NCBI GenBank assembly: GCA_036172245.1
Contig: JAYWIR010000006.1
Span: 1,860,001 to 1,924,000 of the forward strand
DNA: 64,000 nucleotides
Source of the DNA: Raillietiella orientalis
Taxonomy: Eukaryota
Direction: 5' to 3'
Of the stretch, positions 23,766 through 35,955 are shown piece by piece. The position numbers were made by a program, and so were the translations under genes. Numbering within the stretch: the stretch's first letter is position 1; every line of letters begins with the position of its first letter. The notes beneath the pieces were generated by a model that searched no databases, was not told where the DNA came from, and saw nothing but the letters and a program-made list of their open reading frames with translations.

Positions 23766-26700
23766 TTATTGTATCTTCATGATTCATCTTCAGCAGCCGT
23801 CACAAAGTAGGTCACTTTTCTGGATTACTGCCGACCATTACGGTTCAGTACAGTACCAATAAGCACTCATTAGCACCGTGTACGTTCTCGGCACCTGCTG
23901 GCGAGGGCATGTTTGAGATCAGATGGGGAGATCTTGAGCACAAGGAAAGGCATAACGTGGCTGCAGTCGAGTAGACACGGGGTCATCCGTTAGATGCTCT
24001 AACTCCATTGGTACACTTGGGTGACTGCCCTCGGTCAAACCGGGTCAGCCACGGGGAGGAAGCGAAAGATCGCTCGAAGCCGCTGCACTTCTCGTGAAGA
24101 GGCGCGGTGCCTTCTTGTCGATCCAGCGGTCGGCGATCGATGATTAGCCGATTTCATCGTGGTCCTGCGCGCCATTAAAGCCCGTTGCATCATTTCGCGT
24201 TGGCTCTCTTGTTTTTCTTGTTCTTCTTTTTTCGTTTCCACCCGTTTGGCAGATCCTTGCGAGCCTTTTCGCCTCGCAACTTCCTTCCAGCTACCAATTT
24301 AATGGTTGGTCTCTTCCTGGCACCCTCCTTTGTTTGTGATCTCCGTACCTCTGCTCGCGAAGATAAATAGCCTTGTTGAGAAGCAGATGGGGAGAAGGAG
24401 AGAGAGGAAGAAAAAAAAAAAAAAAACCTCGTTCGGGAAGACTGATAGACAGTCCGTAATAAAAATCGGTCGATTCTCAAAACGCCTCGCTCCCTTTCTC
24501 CGCGGGCAGATGCAGAGGCAAGGGATGTACTGAACGAAAGATGGGAGGGGCAGCAACCCGACAGTGCGTCGCCGAGCTGCTCCTCTCCTGCCTCTCGGAG
24601 CCGAGGGAGGAGATCCGTGGGCGGGGTCAGCCGAGGAACGAGTCACGCCCCCCCTCCCCTCCCGTCTAAGAAGCGGATAACGCGGGGATAGCGTACCAGT
24701 CGCCGTCACTCGCGTTCCACTATCCAGGCGCCGGGTCTCGTCGCACGTACATCGGCCGAGTTCTGCCGTCCTTCGGATGGGGGGGGAGGATGGAGGGAGG
24801 AGGAAGAGGAGAGGAAAAAGACCGCGGCGGCCGCTGCCTGTGTGCTCGCGAGGGATGAAACCGCAGGGCTGCTGCAGCACTCCGTCTGGACTCCCCACGT
24901 CGGACGAAAGGAAACGAAGCACCGCTGGAGATCCTTGAAAAAAGAAGCAGCTCCACTCTCGGAAGCTGCGGAGCATCCGCATACAGGAAGGGGGACGGTT
25001 TCGCCTTCCACGCTGCATCCCCACCTCCAGCTTCCTCAAAAGGGCCTCTCATCCGTTTCCGTCCCATCCTGCGTAGCCGGCTGGTTGGCTCCAGAAGGGA
25101 GAGCAGCGAGGCGATCACCTCTGCGCAGCTTCTCTTCCTTCCTCCGGGACCCGTCGGAACTCCGGGATCCGTCCCTGGGAGTTTGGCTTCCACCTTAGCA
25201 AGATTGCATATCCATTCTTAGCATCTTATTCCTCCCGACGGCCTCCTAGAAGCGGCGCATCCCGAGAGAAGGAATTAGAGACTTCAAGGGATCCTGTAAG
25301 CGCTCTGCGGGTGTGGAGGTCAGCGGGGTTCTTGGTAGGGGCGAACTTGTCCAAGGGAGAGCTCCTATAATTTCTCGAGGGAGTGAGCGGATCCAGTGTG
25401 GAATCCTCCGTTGCCAAAGGATCCCGTCCTCTCTTGGGACTGGGGGATGAACTCCCCTAGAGGATTTCGTAAGGAGGCTGCGGCTGCAAAGGCTCTCTAC
25501 GTCCCCGCCGCTGCTTCCAAGGTGGAAGCTCCCCCTGCGTTGTTTTCCAATTTTCTTCTTCCTTTCCCCCTGAAGAGTCCTCGCCTGCGTTTTCGCTGTT
25601 TATCCTCAAAGATGCTGGACGACTGTCGTCAGGCGGATCTAGGCGAGGAGTATAGTCCCATCTCTGTCCGCTTTGTGGCTCCCAGGCGACTTCTGAAGGT
25701 CTCATTCCTTGAGCGAAATCTTCAGTAAGATCCGGGAAACGGGAATTTTGAGAGGGAGAAAAGAAGGGGGGGAGGGAAGCAAGGAACCGAGACTGAAGAC
25801 TCGCTCACAGCCTGGGGTCCCGCCTGCTCTCCTTACGCGTTCTCCCTAATCCTCCCTGGACACCCTGGATCGCGGGTTCGTTTCCCTCACAACGGGAGCG
25901 CATGCAGAACTGGGAAATTCCGTTTTACATCTCCCGCTTCATCCCCCTTCCGTCGAGCTCCCAGCCCGACTTGGTTTTGCGGCAGCGGCTGCTGCTTCTC
26001 GCGAGACCGGAACGATCCAGACAGTCTCGAGAGATCCGAAGAGGCGTGCGCCTTCCTTGCCCTCCTCCCCATCATCATCATCTCCGCCCCCTGTGGGGCT
26101 GCTGCGCCATCGGGTGCGAAAGGGCAGATTGCTTGACGGATCGATGAGGCGTGGCTGGAGCAAGAGCGGAAGCAACCATGGCGACGGAGATGCTCGCCAA
26201 ACTTCCGTGTCGTCGAGTGTCCCTGCGTACGAGGCTGCCATCTCCCGGCTCCAAGCGGAGGTGGAGGAAACGAAGGGGGCGACCTTCTTCCCAGTTTCGG
26301 GCTGCAGCCGCCACGCCGCTCCGCACCTTCGTCGGTGTCTTCTCAGAACAATGGAGTTGGAAAGAGGTCAAAGGTTGAGGGAGGGGGAGGAGAATCTCGC
26401 GCACGCTCCACTGAGGGGCCACGGGGTGGTTCATGGTCCTCAGACGGACCTGGGACAGTTTGCCAGCGCCTAGCAGCCGTAAGTCGTCACGTTGCGTTAT
26501 CGGTCACGCGCGGTCTCCCGGACTGATGATGATGGGACGAAGATTCCAGCATGCCGAGCGTACGCGCGCAGAAAGGCAACAAGGGGGGAGAGAAGGAGTG
26601 GAAGGGTTAGTCGTTGCCGTGGTCACTGCCGATTTCCTCTCCTTCTCGGTCCCTCTCCGAGAAGTGGAGGAATCTTCTTCCTGTAGGCAGTATCGAGAGT

Positions 26701-27245
26701 CGCACACGTGTTCAGGAGCCCTTGGTCACCGAGAGACCAAACCGGGCGCGCGGACTCCCGCACCGGGTTGCCTGAGAGTCGTAGACCCAGGAAAAAAACT
26801 GGGAGCTCCGTGAGGCTACCGAGCGCCTCGAGGGTTTTTCAGGTCTCCCGAGAGACCTCTTCCTCTTTTGCTAAATCGAAAGCCCGTCAGATCCTGTGAC
26901 CTCCTGCCCTTCTTCCGAGAAGGGGAACTCCTACCGAGGAGAAATCCCCAGGGAAGGCGAATGAGATCAGGTCGGCTCTCCGCGTCCTGCTCCCAGATGA
27001 TGAGTCGTTGGGGAGCCGGTCGTCCACCCTCGCCTCTATCTGACTTCCTCGGAGGAGGCCGAGTGATTCTGTCTCGCTGCGTTCGCAACCTCAGCGGGTG
27101 TCCCAGAAGGTGCACTAGGGAGAGGGAAGGCAGCGTGCCCGGTGTAGGGGGAAGGCGGCTGCTGCTGCCAAGAGATCAGGAGGGAAAGGGAAAGGGACAC
27201 GGCACTCTTCGTTCGATCCCTACAGTCGCTTCTTCGCCTTTACAG

Positions 27246-27405
27246 GATTCCCGCATCCTCCCCAACGTGACCTTCGGAGTCATCATCATCAATTTCAACC
27301 TGGCCATCCGGAAGATCACGAGGAAGGTGTCCGGGAACTACTCCTGCTCCTCCTGCAACTCGGAAGGGAGTGCGACCAGCGCCCCTATTCCCATCAGGAT
27401 AAGGC
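27246..27405 (+). CDS. Sidestep-family receptor, exon encoding second half of Ig4
   Basis: ttacag|GAT...AGGC|gtgag; phase 0-1. Encodes DSRILPNVTFGVIIINFNLAIRKITRKVSGNYSCSSCNSEGSATSAPIPIRIR (GVII.N..L.....R..SG.Y.C...N.EG). Confidence 0.94.
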
Positions 27406-27500
27406 GTGAGTTCCTTCGTCCCACAGCCCTTTCTGGCGGCCGAGCGCGGGGGCGGGAGACGCCCTTCCGACTCGGGGACATCAGCGAGCAGCCTTTCCAG

Positions 27501-27806
27501 ACCATCCCGTCTGTGACACGGAGGAGACGCTAAGGATCCGGGTGCCGCTGAGAGAGGAGGCGGCCATCTCCTGCCCGGTGTCATCCCACCCGCCCCCAGT
27601 CCGCTTCCATTGGAGCTTCAACAGGTCCCAAGGAGACTCAGGGGACTCGGGGTCCACTCATGGGCCCGTCCTGTCCCCGCTCAGTGCATCAGGAGTCCTG
27701 AAGTATCGGCCGGAGTCCCGGAACCACTACGGGTTCATTAGCTGCTGGTCCGCCAACGCGCTCGGCACACAGAAGAGACCGTGCGTGATGGAGGTCAAGC
27801 CTATGG
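27501..27806 (+). CDS. Sidestep-family receptor, exon encoding Ig5
   Basis: Follows a 95-nt GT-AG intron; phase 1-1. Encodes HPVCDTEE...ISCPVSSHPPPVRFHWSFNRS...LKYRPESRNHYGFISCWSANALGTQKRPCVMEVKPM (F.W.FN; Y.P.....YG...CW..N..G.Q..PC are characteristic of Side Ig5). Confidence 0.95.
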
Positions 27807-30800
27807 GTGAGTTGCCGGGCGAGGGAAGACAGGGAGGCTCAGCCACTGGAGCGCGTGTGCCTTCCCGTATGCCTTTCGCCACCTGCGGGGCAGGCGAGCT
27901 CGCCGACTTACCCTTTTGGGACGAACGCGTCGGCCAGAGCTCGCCCGACTGGCGCGCGCGCGAGCGCCGCTCCTCACGGGGACCATCCCTTGCCGCCACC
28001 GCCAACCGCACGGCGAAGGCATCCTTCCCTCAGATCCAGCTCTGCCCCGACTCCACTCCTCATGTCGCCTCCATGGTAACGGCCTGCGCGGCCGTGCCCG
28101 GAACTACGCTGCAGGATCCTCCTGCCCAGAGGGAGAGGGGGCGGAAAAGGGAACCGAGGTGAAAGGTCATCGTTTTCCTTGCGCTAGGAGCGACAGCCCG
28201 TCTTGGCTTGTGGCGCCGCTGGTCACCGCGCGCGCTGCTGGCCTAGAGGTTGGATGGGAGTGCATCTCGCGTGTGTTTTTCCCCTGGCCCTCCTAGTGCC
28301 TTTCAGACGCGCCACTCCACGCGAACTCTTCAGGGTTGGGCCAGCCCTTCGCTCTTCTCCTCCCGTTGGCTCCGGAAGGATATCTGGCGCGAAACGCAGG
28401 GTCTCTCTTGGCAATCGGAGGAGGGAATGGAGTGGAGTAGAGGGGGAGAAGGGTCAGCGGGCCGGGGCGCTCCCGTCTCTTCTCATCATTCTTTCCGCTG
28501 GACTCCCGCACGGCGACCGTTTCCACTCTCCTCTGCGAGTGACTGGGAAGAACGCACTTTCTATCCCCTATTTCCTTCGTCTCCTCCGAGGAGAGCAGAC
28601 GCCCTGCTGCCCAGAGCAACCGGCGAGGCGGCCAAAGTGCATCGGAGGAGTTGCAAACCCATCTCCCGTTTCGTGGGGACCGGCTAACAGGAGAACTTCC
28701 TTTCAAGAAGAGTTGCAGAGAGCCTGAAGTGGTCACCCCACCGTACTTCCTTCTCGGAGGCAAGACCCAGAGCCTACTTCCTTCGCTCTCCGTCGAGAAA
28801 AAGAATGGGCTGTTCTTCGCAAGAGCCCTCTGTGTGGGAGCTTTGTTCCACCCGAGGCGAAGCAAATAGGAGACCTCCTGAGGCTTCGTGGGTTGTGGTT
28901 TCCGGACAAAATCAAGAGAAAGCAGTAGGGCAATCTTGGGGAGATGAATCTTTGGGGTAAGAAGGAAATGGACACAGGGACACCAGGTGAGGGCACTGGA
29001 GAGGGGAGGCTGCGAAGAGGAGAGGCAGATGACCGCGATGAAGCTGCCTCTCCCGCTTCGGTCCATCCCAGTAACCATTCTCATCTAAGAATTCCACTCC
29101 GCCTCTCCCTGGGTTTGGAGCATTCCCAAAAGAGAGGTGTCTCATAAAGAGAACGACCTCTCTCCCCATTCTTCACCCATGCGCCACTTACGGGCTGCTT
29201 TTAGACCGCCTGTATTCCTCCATGGGGCGCTCCCGCGCCTACAGTTCCAGCGCGTCTCCGACGCGTCCTGGCAGGTACTCTCCCGATGTTTATCCCGTGT
29301 TCACCCCCATCAGGGAGTGGGCACGGAACAAACATCGGAGGGTCACCAACTGGACAGGCGAGTGACCTCGCTCTAACGGCGGTCGCGTCGGCGAGTCTCA
29401 GAGAAGAGCGGAGAGGAGCCGATAAGGAACGTGTGGGATCGACTCGAGGGTTTTCCTCGTGGGGCATCCCCGGCGCAAGAACCAAAGTGAGAAGACTCAA
29501 GTCATCCGCGCGCCAACGAATGGCCGCGTGCGCACAGGAGAACAACGGGCCATCGTCGAACATGCAGGTGCGGTGCACGCGGCGGTAGCGAGCGTTTCTC
29601 CGCAAGTGCGACTGCGTGCACGGTCTTGGCCCTCTCTTACCGCTGTGGGTGACCCCGGGTCGAAGCCTCGCAGGAAGTCTTTCCCGTTGGTTCAAGGGAA
29701 ATTTTGCCACCGCCAAAGGCAACGGAGGCTTTCGGTCACTCCAGGAAACGCGCGGATGCCCCCGCCTGCAGCTGCTTCCTCCCTTTCTGCTGTTCAGCAA
29801 CGTGTGGCCACGGGATCGAACACGCGCCTCCATGCTCCCCGAGCGAAAGATGTTAGGGGTTTTTGCCTCGTGGTTGACGGAGAGGAACGGTACCGCATCT
29901 CCCAAGTCTTCCCGTACCCGCGCCCTCCTTCCCCTACTGTTTTCTCGTCCCTCATTCTCAAGTTCCAGCAACTTCACGTTTCTCTGTCCCCCTAATCTCA
30001 TCCCTCTCACACCCCCGAGGTTCCACATTCTTACATCCTCACGTTTTCTTCCGCGCTTTCTGAAGACTGGTCGACACGAACGGCAGCTGAATCAGCACCC
30101 GCAAGGAGAGCAGCGGTTCCGAGACATCTGGAGACTCGGGGTTTCAGCCTCCCCGGTCCGGCGAGACGGGCGCAGGAGGGGGGGAAAGGGAGAGGCACAC
30201 TCCCATGGAGGGAACGTGAGGGTGGTGAAGGGAATGCAGGAGAAAGCTTTCAGAAGGAAACGCATCTTCTTGAGAACGATGGCCACCGGAATCAAGCGAC
30301 CGCTCTGTCCTCAGAAGATCGCCACTTACAGGCTTTTTTTAACTGATAGGTTCTTGCGCTGAGGGATTCAAGGAGTCACAGCGCACTTACGCCGCGGCCT
30401 CTTTGAAGCGCGAGTGAGCTTAGTGGTGAGACTGGAAAGGCAACCCCTTCAGTCTACCGAAAAGTCGACTGCGGCGACTGGATGGCAAGGAGGCCACAGA
30501 TCTCTTGCTATGGGGCTTCCATGAAGGGAAAAGCGGAAGAAGTGGCTTTCTTCTTGTACCCTGTTAGAGTCAATGATGTTGCTGCACCATTCTTGTAAAA
30601 GAGACTCTGTGGGAAGGATGGAAAACACGGAAAAAGTTCCGCTATTTTTCGCTCTCTTTCGGGAAAGCGGATGCGGTGCTTCTGGCACGCTCGGGATTGC
30701 GGCGGCAATGAGGCTTACCAAACGTGGGAGAGGCCGAGAACCGTTCGAAGTTCTTCCCTGAGGGTCTCAAAAGTCAGTCGAAATTCAATCTTGGGAGGCC

Positions 30801-31049
30801 ATTTGCAGCTCGGTGGTTCTCACTCTTGAGGACCGGGAAAACAGAAGTCGAAGAAGAGTTCGGTTTCCACGAGAAGCGACTTCGTTCACTTCCCTTTGAA
30901 GACCTGAATCTAGGGTGCCACCCTCCGAACGGCGCGCGAAAGTGGGCGTCTCCTGACTGCGAGGATGTCCGTGAGGGGGGAGGGAAGGGGGCTTGTCGCT
31001 GCAATGGCTCGTGCACCACTCCAGAGAAAGGAGGTGCGGTGGAGCTCTT

Positions 31050-32300
31050 CTTGTCACTCGTCTTTCGGTGCGAGCGCACCGAGGGAATTCGATCGCGCAG
31101 GAAGCCTCCTGGATGACCTTCTCAAATCAGGCTCACTTGATTCGAGTGATGGGATGTCCTGGCTGCTCAAGGATAGCGAAGGGATTTCGGGGATCTCTCC
31201 CGGTTGTTGAGGTCTCGCGGCTTGAAATTCACGGAGCGTTCCTCTCGGTTTTCGGCTGCATTGCGCGACTCTCCGATCCTCATGTTCTCTCATTTGTATT
31301 CTGACAACTTCTCTCGGATGATTAAGAGATTTTCTTCACGTCTTTCGCCGAAGATTTCAACTGCATTATTTATATCCAAATGAAAGTACGGCTTCAGTCT
31401 AAGCACGTTTGGTACGTTTGCACACGTCACTCATTTCTGGAGAGGAGTGTTGGTCCTAATCGAAACTCTCTGCAATCTTCGGACATCCATCATCCCTTTG
31501 GGACTCGAGCCGACGAGTCCGCGAGTCAACGAACGCCCAGCTTTCGCCCAAAGGTCGGAAAAGAACACTCCCCAGCTTCGCCCAACACTTGATGTTTGCT
31601 TCTTTGCCAACAAACACGAGGAAAGAGTCAGTGCTCGACCATTCGGTAACATCTTTGGTGAGGTTCCGACGGTACTCGCCAGCACCCGTGAACACTTGCT
31701 GGACCTGAAGCTGACGAGCCCGCCGCTTCTTCATGAGACCGCCACTAATCCCCACATTTCGCTCCAGTCCTCAAACTGTAGGTAGGAAGGATGCTGCAGG
31801 CTAGAGTCTTCAGCGACGGCTGGAGCAGCCCTTGCACGATGCGTAAAAACGGAAGGCCTCGCGATCTTAAGGAGAATTTCTGTCACCGAATGTCATCTGA
31901 TTCCGGAAAATGCACATCGTAGAATCCTGAGGATGCCCGAAAAAAATACGTTTTCCGCTTCCTTCTCCCGTTCCCGAATTCTCGGGCTCAGGGCGACAAA
32001 AAGGCAAAGAATTCCTGCTTGAGTATGCATGTAAGGAGGCTATCAAAGCGCGTGTCCAAAGCACCAGCAGCTTTTCCCGTCACTCCTGGCCCTTACCGAA
32101 ATGAGTCAGTCCAGCGCTCTGTTGCGGCCTTCGAATCGACAGACCGATCTCTCGCTGGAGTCGTGAAGGTTTCCGATGCTCACCGAGCAATCTTTCACGG
32201 CATTCCCAGACGCCTGATGGCGTGTCCTCAGCATGATATCCTGGAAGCAGAAATACCTGACGGTCCACATCACCACTCGTGTTCCCTGGTTCCGTTTTCG
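31050..32300 (-). mobile_element. Decayed P-element/THAP9-like transposase remnant (tentative)
   Basis: Minus-strand fragments in the expected order: KDCSVSI (cf. C.L.fDEM), KRIFF..QD...CIFRNQM (cf. IyFf.D.PHL.K..RN), SSPKGMMDVRRLQ (cf. KM.V..A.Q), LDINN (cf. FD..NS) and LSSQD...LE (cf. LSQD.LE). Many stops and frameshifts. Confidence 0.4.
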
Positions 32301-33179
32301 ACTGCGCTCTTTCCTTTCGAGGACGTGGTTCTCAAGAACAGTCCGCAGGCGGCAAAGAATCAAAGGCGGAGGAGTGGTTTCCTCACAGGGCTCTGCGGAA
32401 AGCTCAGCTGAGAAACCGCTAGCAGCGACTCCACTCCGTACGCCTGCGGGTGCAACTGCTCTCTCGGAACTCAGTTCCAGGAGAATGCCTCTCGAGTGCA
32501 CCATGACAACGCTGAAGAAACGAATGCTCAAAGGTGCTGCTGAGCCACAGAGAAGGGGTGAAGTACTACAATTCCACTCTCTCTTTCGCAGCAATGAAAG
32601 AAACCTGACAATCAAGGACCATCGTCAGGAGTGTCAGGATAGGTGAGGTCAGGTCAGAAATGTCAGGCATGCGCTCCATCTGAAGCTGGAGCTCTTTTTT
32701 ATAGCGCGCCATCTGGAATGGAATATCGATCCGTCTAGAAATAACGTGAGGTCAGCTACGGTGGTGGCTCTGTAATCACCGAGCACATCCTCACCCGCTC
32801 CCTCTCCTGCTACTGTCTCCTACTCACCCTCGCTTTGCCGTTCCCTAACAAATACTTCTGTTGGTAGCTCTTCCGTGCCTTTTGTGTTTCAACCGCATTC
32901 CCTTCCGAGGCCGTGTTTTCACGCCAGCGTTTCTTGCAAATGCGATATCGAAAAGGGGGAGACTTATCCGGCTCTTCTAGAGAGACCTTGAACTTTTCCC
33001 GCCCCTTCCGACCGATCGGGAACATGCGTGTCCAGCGCACCCCCGGACGGGAGAGGGAAGGGCGACTGGGAAAGCGTGGTCCGAGAGCGCGCAGCAGCAT
33101 CCCCCTTGCTCTTCACGGGTGCGAGCGAACGAGCGCGCGCTGGTCCGTGGTGAACGGGTTTTTCTTATCTCCCCGACAG

Positions 33180-33473
33180 AGGTGCCAGAGTCCCCGCACT
33201 CCTGCATCCATAAGATCGAGAACTCTCACACCATAAGCTTGAAATGCAAGGCCGGTTGCGACGGCGGCCTGTCCCAGCTATTCGCCGTGGAAATTCTTTC
33301 CAAGCAAACGGACAAAATAAAAGAGAGGATGCTCGCCAAAGAGCCTGCGTTCCACATCGAAGTTGATAATCTGGAAAAATACAAGATCATAATTTACGCC
33401 TTCAATTCTCTGGGGAAAAGCGCCCCTGTGATGGTGGAAAGCAGATTGCTGCAGCTGGCAGAATGGAAACCTG
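33180..33473 (+). CDS. Sidestep-family receptor, exon encoding the fibronectin type III domain
   Basis: cgacag|AG...CCTG|gtaaa; phase 1-1. Encodes VPESPHSC...LKCKAGCDGGLSQLFAVE...EPAFHI...YKIIIYAFNSLGKSAPV (C..G.DGGL.Q.F..E; Y...IYA.N..G.S). Confidence 0.94.
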
Positions 33474-34004
33474 GTAAATTTTTGATTGCTTAAGCCATTG
33501 CTTCTTTCTTTCTTGTTCTTTTTTTTTTTTTTTTTTTTGCGTGGGTTTCTCCCCTCCACCCCCTCTCCCCCTTTTTGCTTCTTCCTCTCGCTCCGGACGC
33601 GCAGTGCTGAAGGCGGTGTTCGTTTGCTCGCAGCTTTTTTCACCCGCGAATGAAAAGTATGCCTTCCCGTTTTCTGGAGCAACGGGTTATTTATTTCCGC
33701 CGGCGAGCTTACTCGATAATCACTCTCTAATCCTCCTTGGCGTTATCCCGAGCATCCGCTGATTAACGAGTTCCTTCATGCCCGTACACACACGGTGGCT
33801 CCCCGGCCGTGCGGACCCGTGTGATCTTTGAGAATTGATTAGTTTGGATTCGGAACTCCTTTTCTGCGGCACCCGCAGGTCCCGCTGCTGACCGACCTGC
33901 ATCGGAGCGCACCGCCCCTCATCGAGCCGTACTGAGACGATGAGGAGAACAGGGAGAAAGTTGGTGGCGATTCGCTGGCTACTGGACAAAAAACGACAAA
34001 AATA

Positions 34005-35245
34005 CCCAGCAATTACGGGATGGCATCAAGCATGAGGACTTCCTGTTTTCGCTGCTTTCCTCCAAGCTTTTTTTTTTTTTTCTCTCTTTCGGATTTTCTT
34101 TATCTGGTTCGCCAGCTGCTGAAGAACAGCTCGCTCTCCATAGAGGGTGGAGGATGGGGAGAAAAGGGGAGGCTCACGAAGCTCTTTAACACTGTCCATG
34201 CCACCAAGGGGTGTCTGTGACTCTTCAATTTATAGGGAAAACTTTGAATCCAGGAAGGTGCTAGAAGAAGGAGTTTGTTCCTCTTAGGCTTGGGAGGGAT
34301 CCCCTTTCTTATTCTCTCGATGGAGACCCCCCGGAAATCTGCTCTTCGTTTCTTCCCCGAAGGCGAACGCGGGAAGGAATCTCTCCTGGAACTGCTTCCC
34401 CGGAGGGAACCTGCAAGGTGACCACCTCTTGTTTCTCCCACGGAAAAGAACCCCGAAGGGATGCTTCGGAGAGCTCTCCGAAGGGCCCGCAACGCACTTA
34501 CACTCTAAAGAGGCAATCCCTCTAGTGGATTGATACCCCACTAGGGAGATTGTCTCTCCAGAGTGTAAGAAGTTCCACTAGCTTCTGGAACGCGATGAAA
34601 GTTCTCCTCCTCCCCTCCGGGAAAGAAAGGGGGGAGGACGACTTTATTTTTCACATCCGGAAGAGAACCCCGAAGGTAACTGGGAAGACCACGGAGGACC
34701 AACTTCCAATCTCCGCCAGTCGACGGGGGGCATCTGACTTCCACTAGTGCCGCACCTGAAGCCTACAGGCCGAGCGTCACCAAGCGGGGAGGGGAGGGGG
34801 AATCGTGAACTTACGACTTACTCTCCATTTCTCGGAGTCGATCCTTCCCCTGGAGAGACTCGAACCCGCAACTCTCGGTGCCACACGCGGGCACCGCAGC
34901 CACACACGGGCTCCAACGCGAGCAGGACTTGCACCTGAAATCGCGCAGAGATACCCCTGCACCCCTGTCCAGGGGTATCTCCGCGTCTCCGGGTTTTCTT
35001 CGCAATGGTCGTTAGTAGGAGCCGACAGGAGGATCCCAGCAAAAGGAGATCCAGGCAAAATCAGCTGATTAAAGGAAGCTGCTTCTGTTTCCTGGATCGA
35101 TCCAACTCGTTCGTTAGACGTGCAAACGAATCCAGGAAACTCGTGAAAGATACACATGACCAGGAAGACGAGGGGCCTAATGCATTCTGGGCTAGAGAAA
35201 TCGGGAAAACGATACTTGCAGGAGCCAGATCCAGATGATGAGAAC
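34005..35245 (-). repeat. Dispersed repeat family R, inverted copy with an internal fold-back duplication
   Basis: The reverse complement contains GCTCGCGTTGG...GCGGGTTCGAGTC, GGCTTCAGGTGCGGCACTAGTGGAAGTCAGATGCCCCCCGTCGACTGG, CTTCGGGGTTCTTTTC, GGCATGGACAGTGTTAAAGAGCTTCGTGAG and the A tract (T run at about 34068-34081). Confidence 0.8.
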
Positions 35246-35789
35246 CCTCCCGCCAGCGAGAGGATCCGAGTGACAAACTGGAAGTCATTCTTCCCCGTCT
35301 GGGATTTAATTAGGCCCCAGTCTTCAGATTGAAGACTCGGAGCACGCTTCCCTTGCTCCTGGAGTCCTCTGAGTGCGCGCGCACGAGAAAGAGAGAGAAC
35401 TTTTCACGAGCAAGTGAGGCTTCAGGAGATGAAAGAAGGGAACATGAGGAAGTTCCGTGTGAGATTCTGCTAAAGAACAATGCGCGTCCCGAGAGTGAAT
35501 CTATAATCGACCGGTGGTCCACTCTGGGTTGCCATCCACGAAAGCAGAGAGAAGCTGCAGCCAGCAGCGGCTGACAGCGACGGAGATGGGAAAATTTCCT
35601 GTCTCCGAATTCGCTCCGTGAACTTCCTGTTTCGAAACATACAGGCCGATGAGCAGAGTGCTTCCTAGAGCTGGAAATCCATGGAGCAGCTAGAAGGCTT
35701 GCTGGAACCGACTCGAAGTGGAGAGCACGTAACTTTCCCAGTGTCCATGCGTTGCCGTCTCCCTCCTTCCCCCCCTTCCTGGAGGAAGG

Positions 35790-35955
35790 ACACTTTCCTT
35801 CTCGTTCCATGAACTGGTTGATACCCTTCGGGGAGTTGCCTCTCCAGAGTGTTAAGAATAGCGCTGTTCCCTTCGGGGAGCGCCCTTCAGAGAAATTCGG
35901 GAGCGTCCCTTCCGGGTTCTCTTCCGGGTGCGGCGCTGGGTGGAAACCGGAAGCA
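35790..35955 (+). repeat. Dispersed repeat family R, internal fragment
   Basis: GGTTGATACCCTTCGGGGAGTTGCCTCTCCAGAGTGTTAAGAA...CCCTTCGGGGAGCGCCCTTCAGAGAAATTCGGGAGCG aligns with 43039-43150. Confidence 0.8.
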
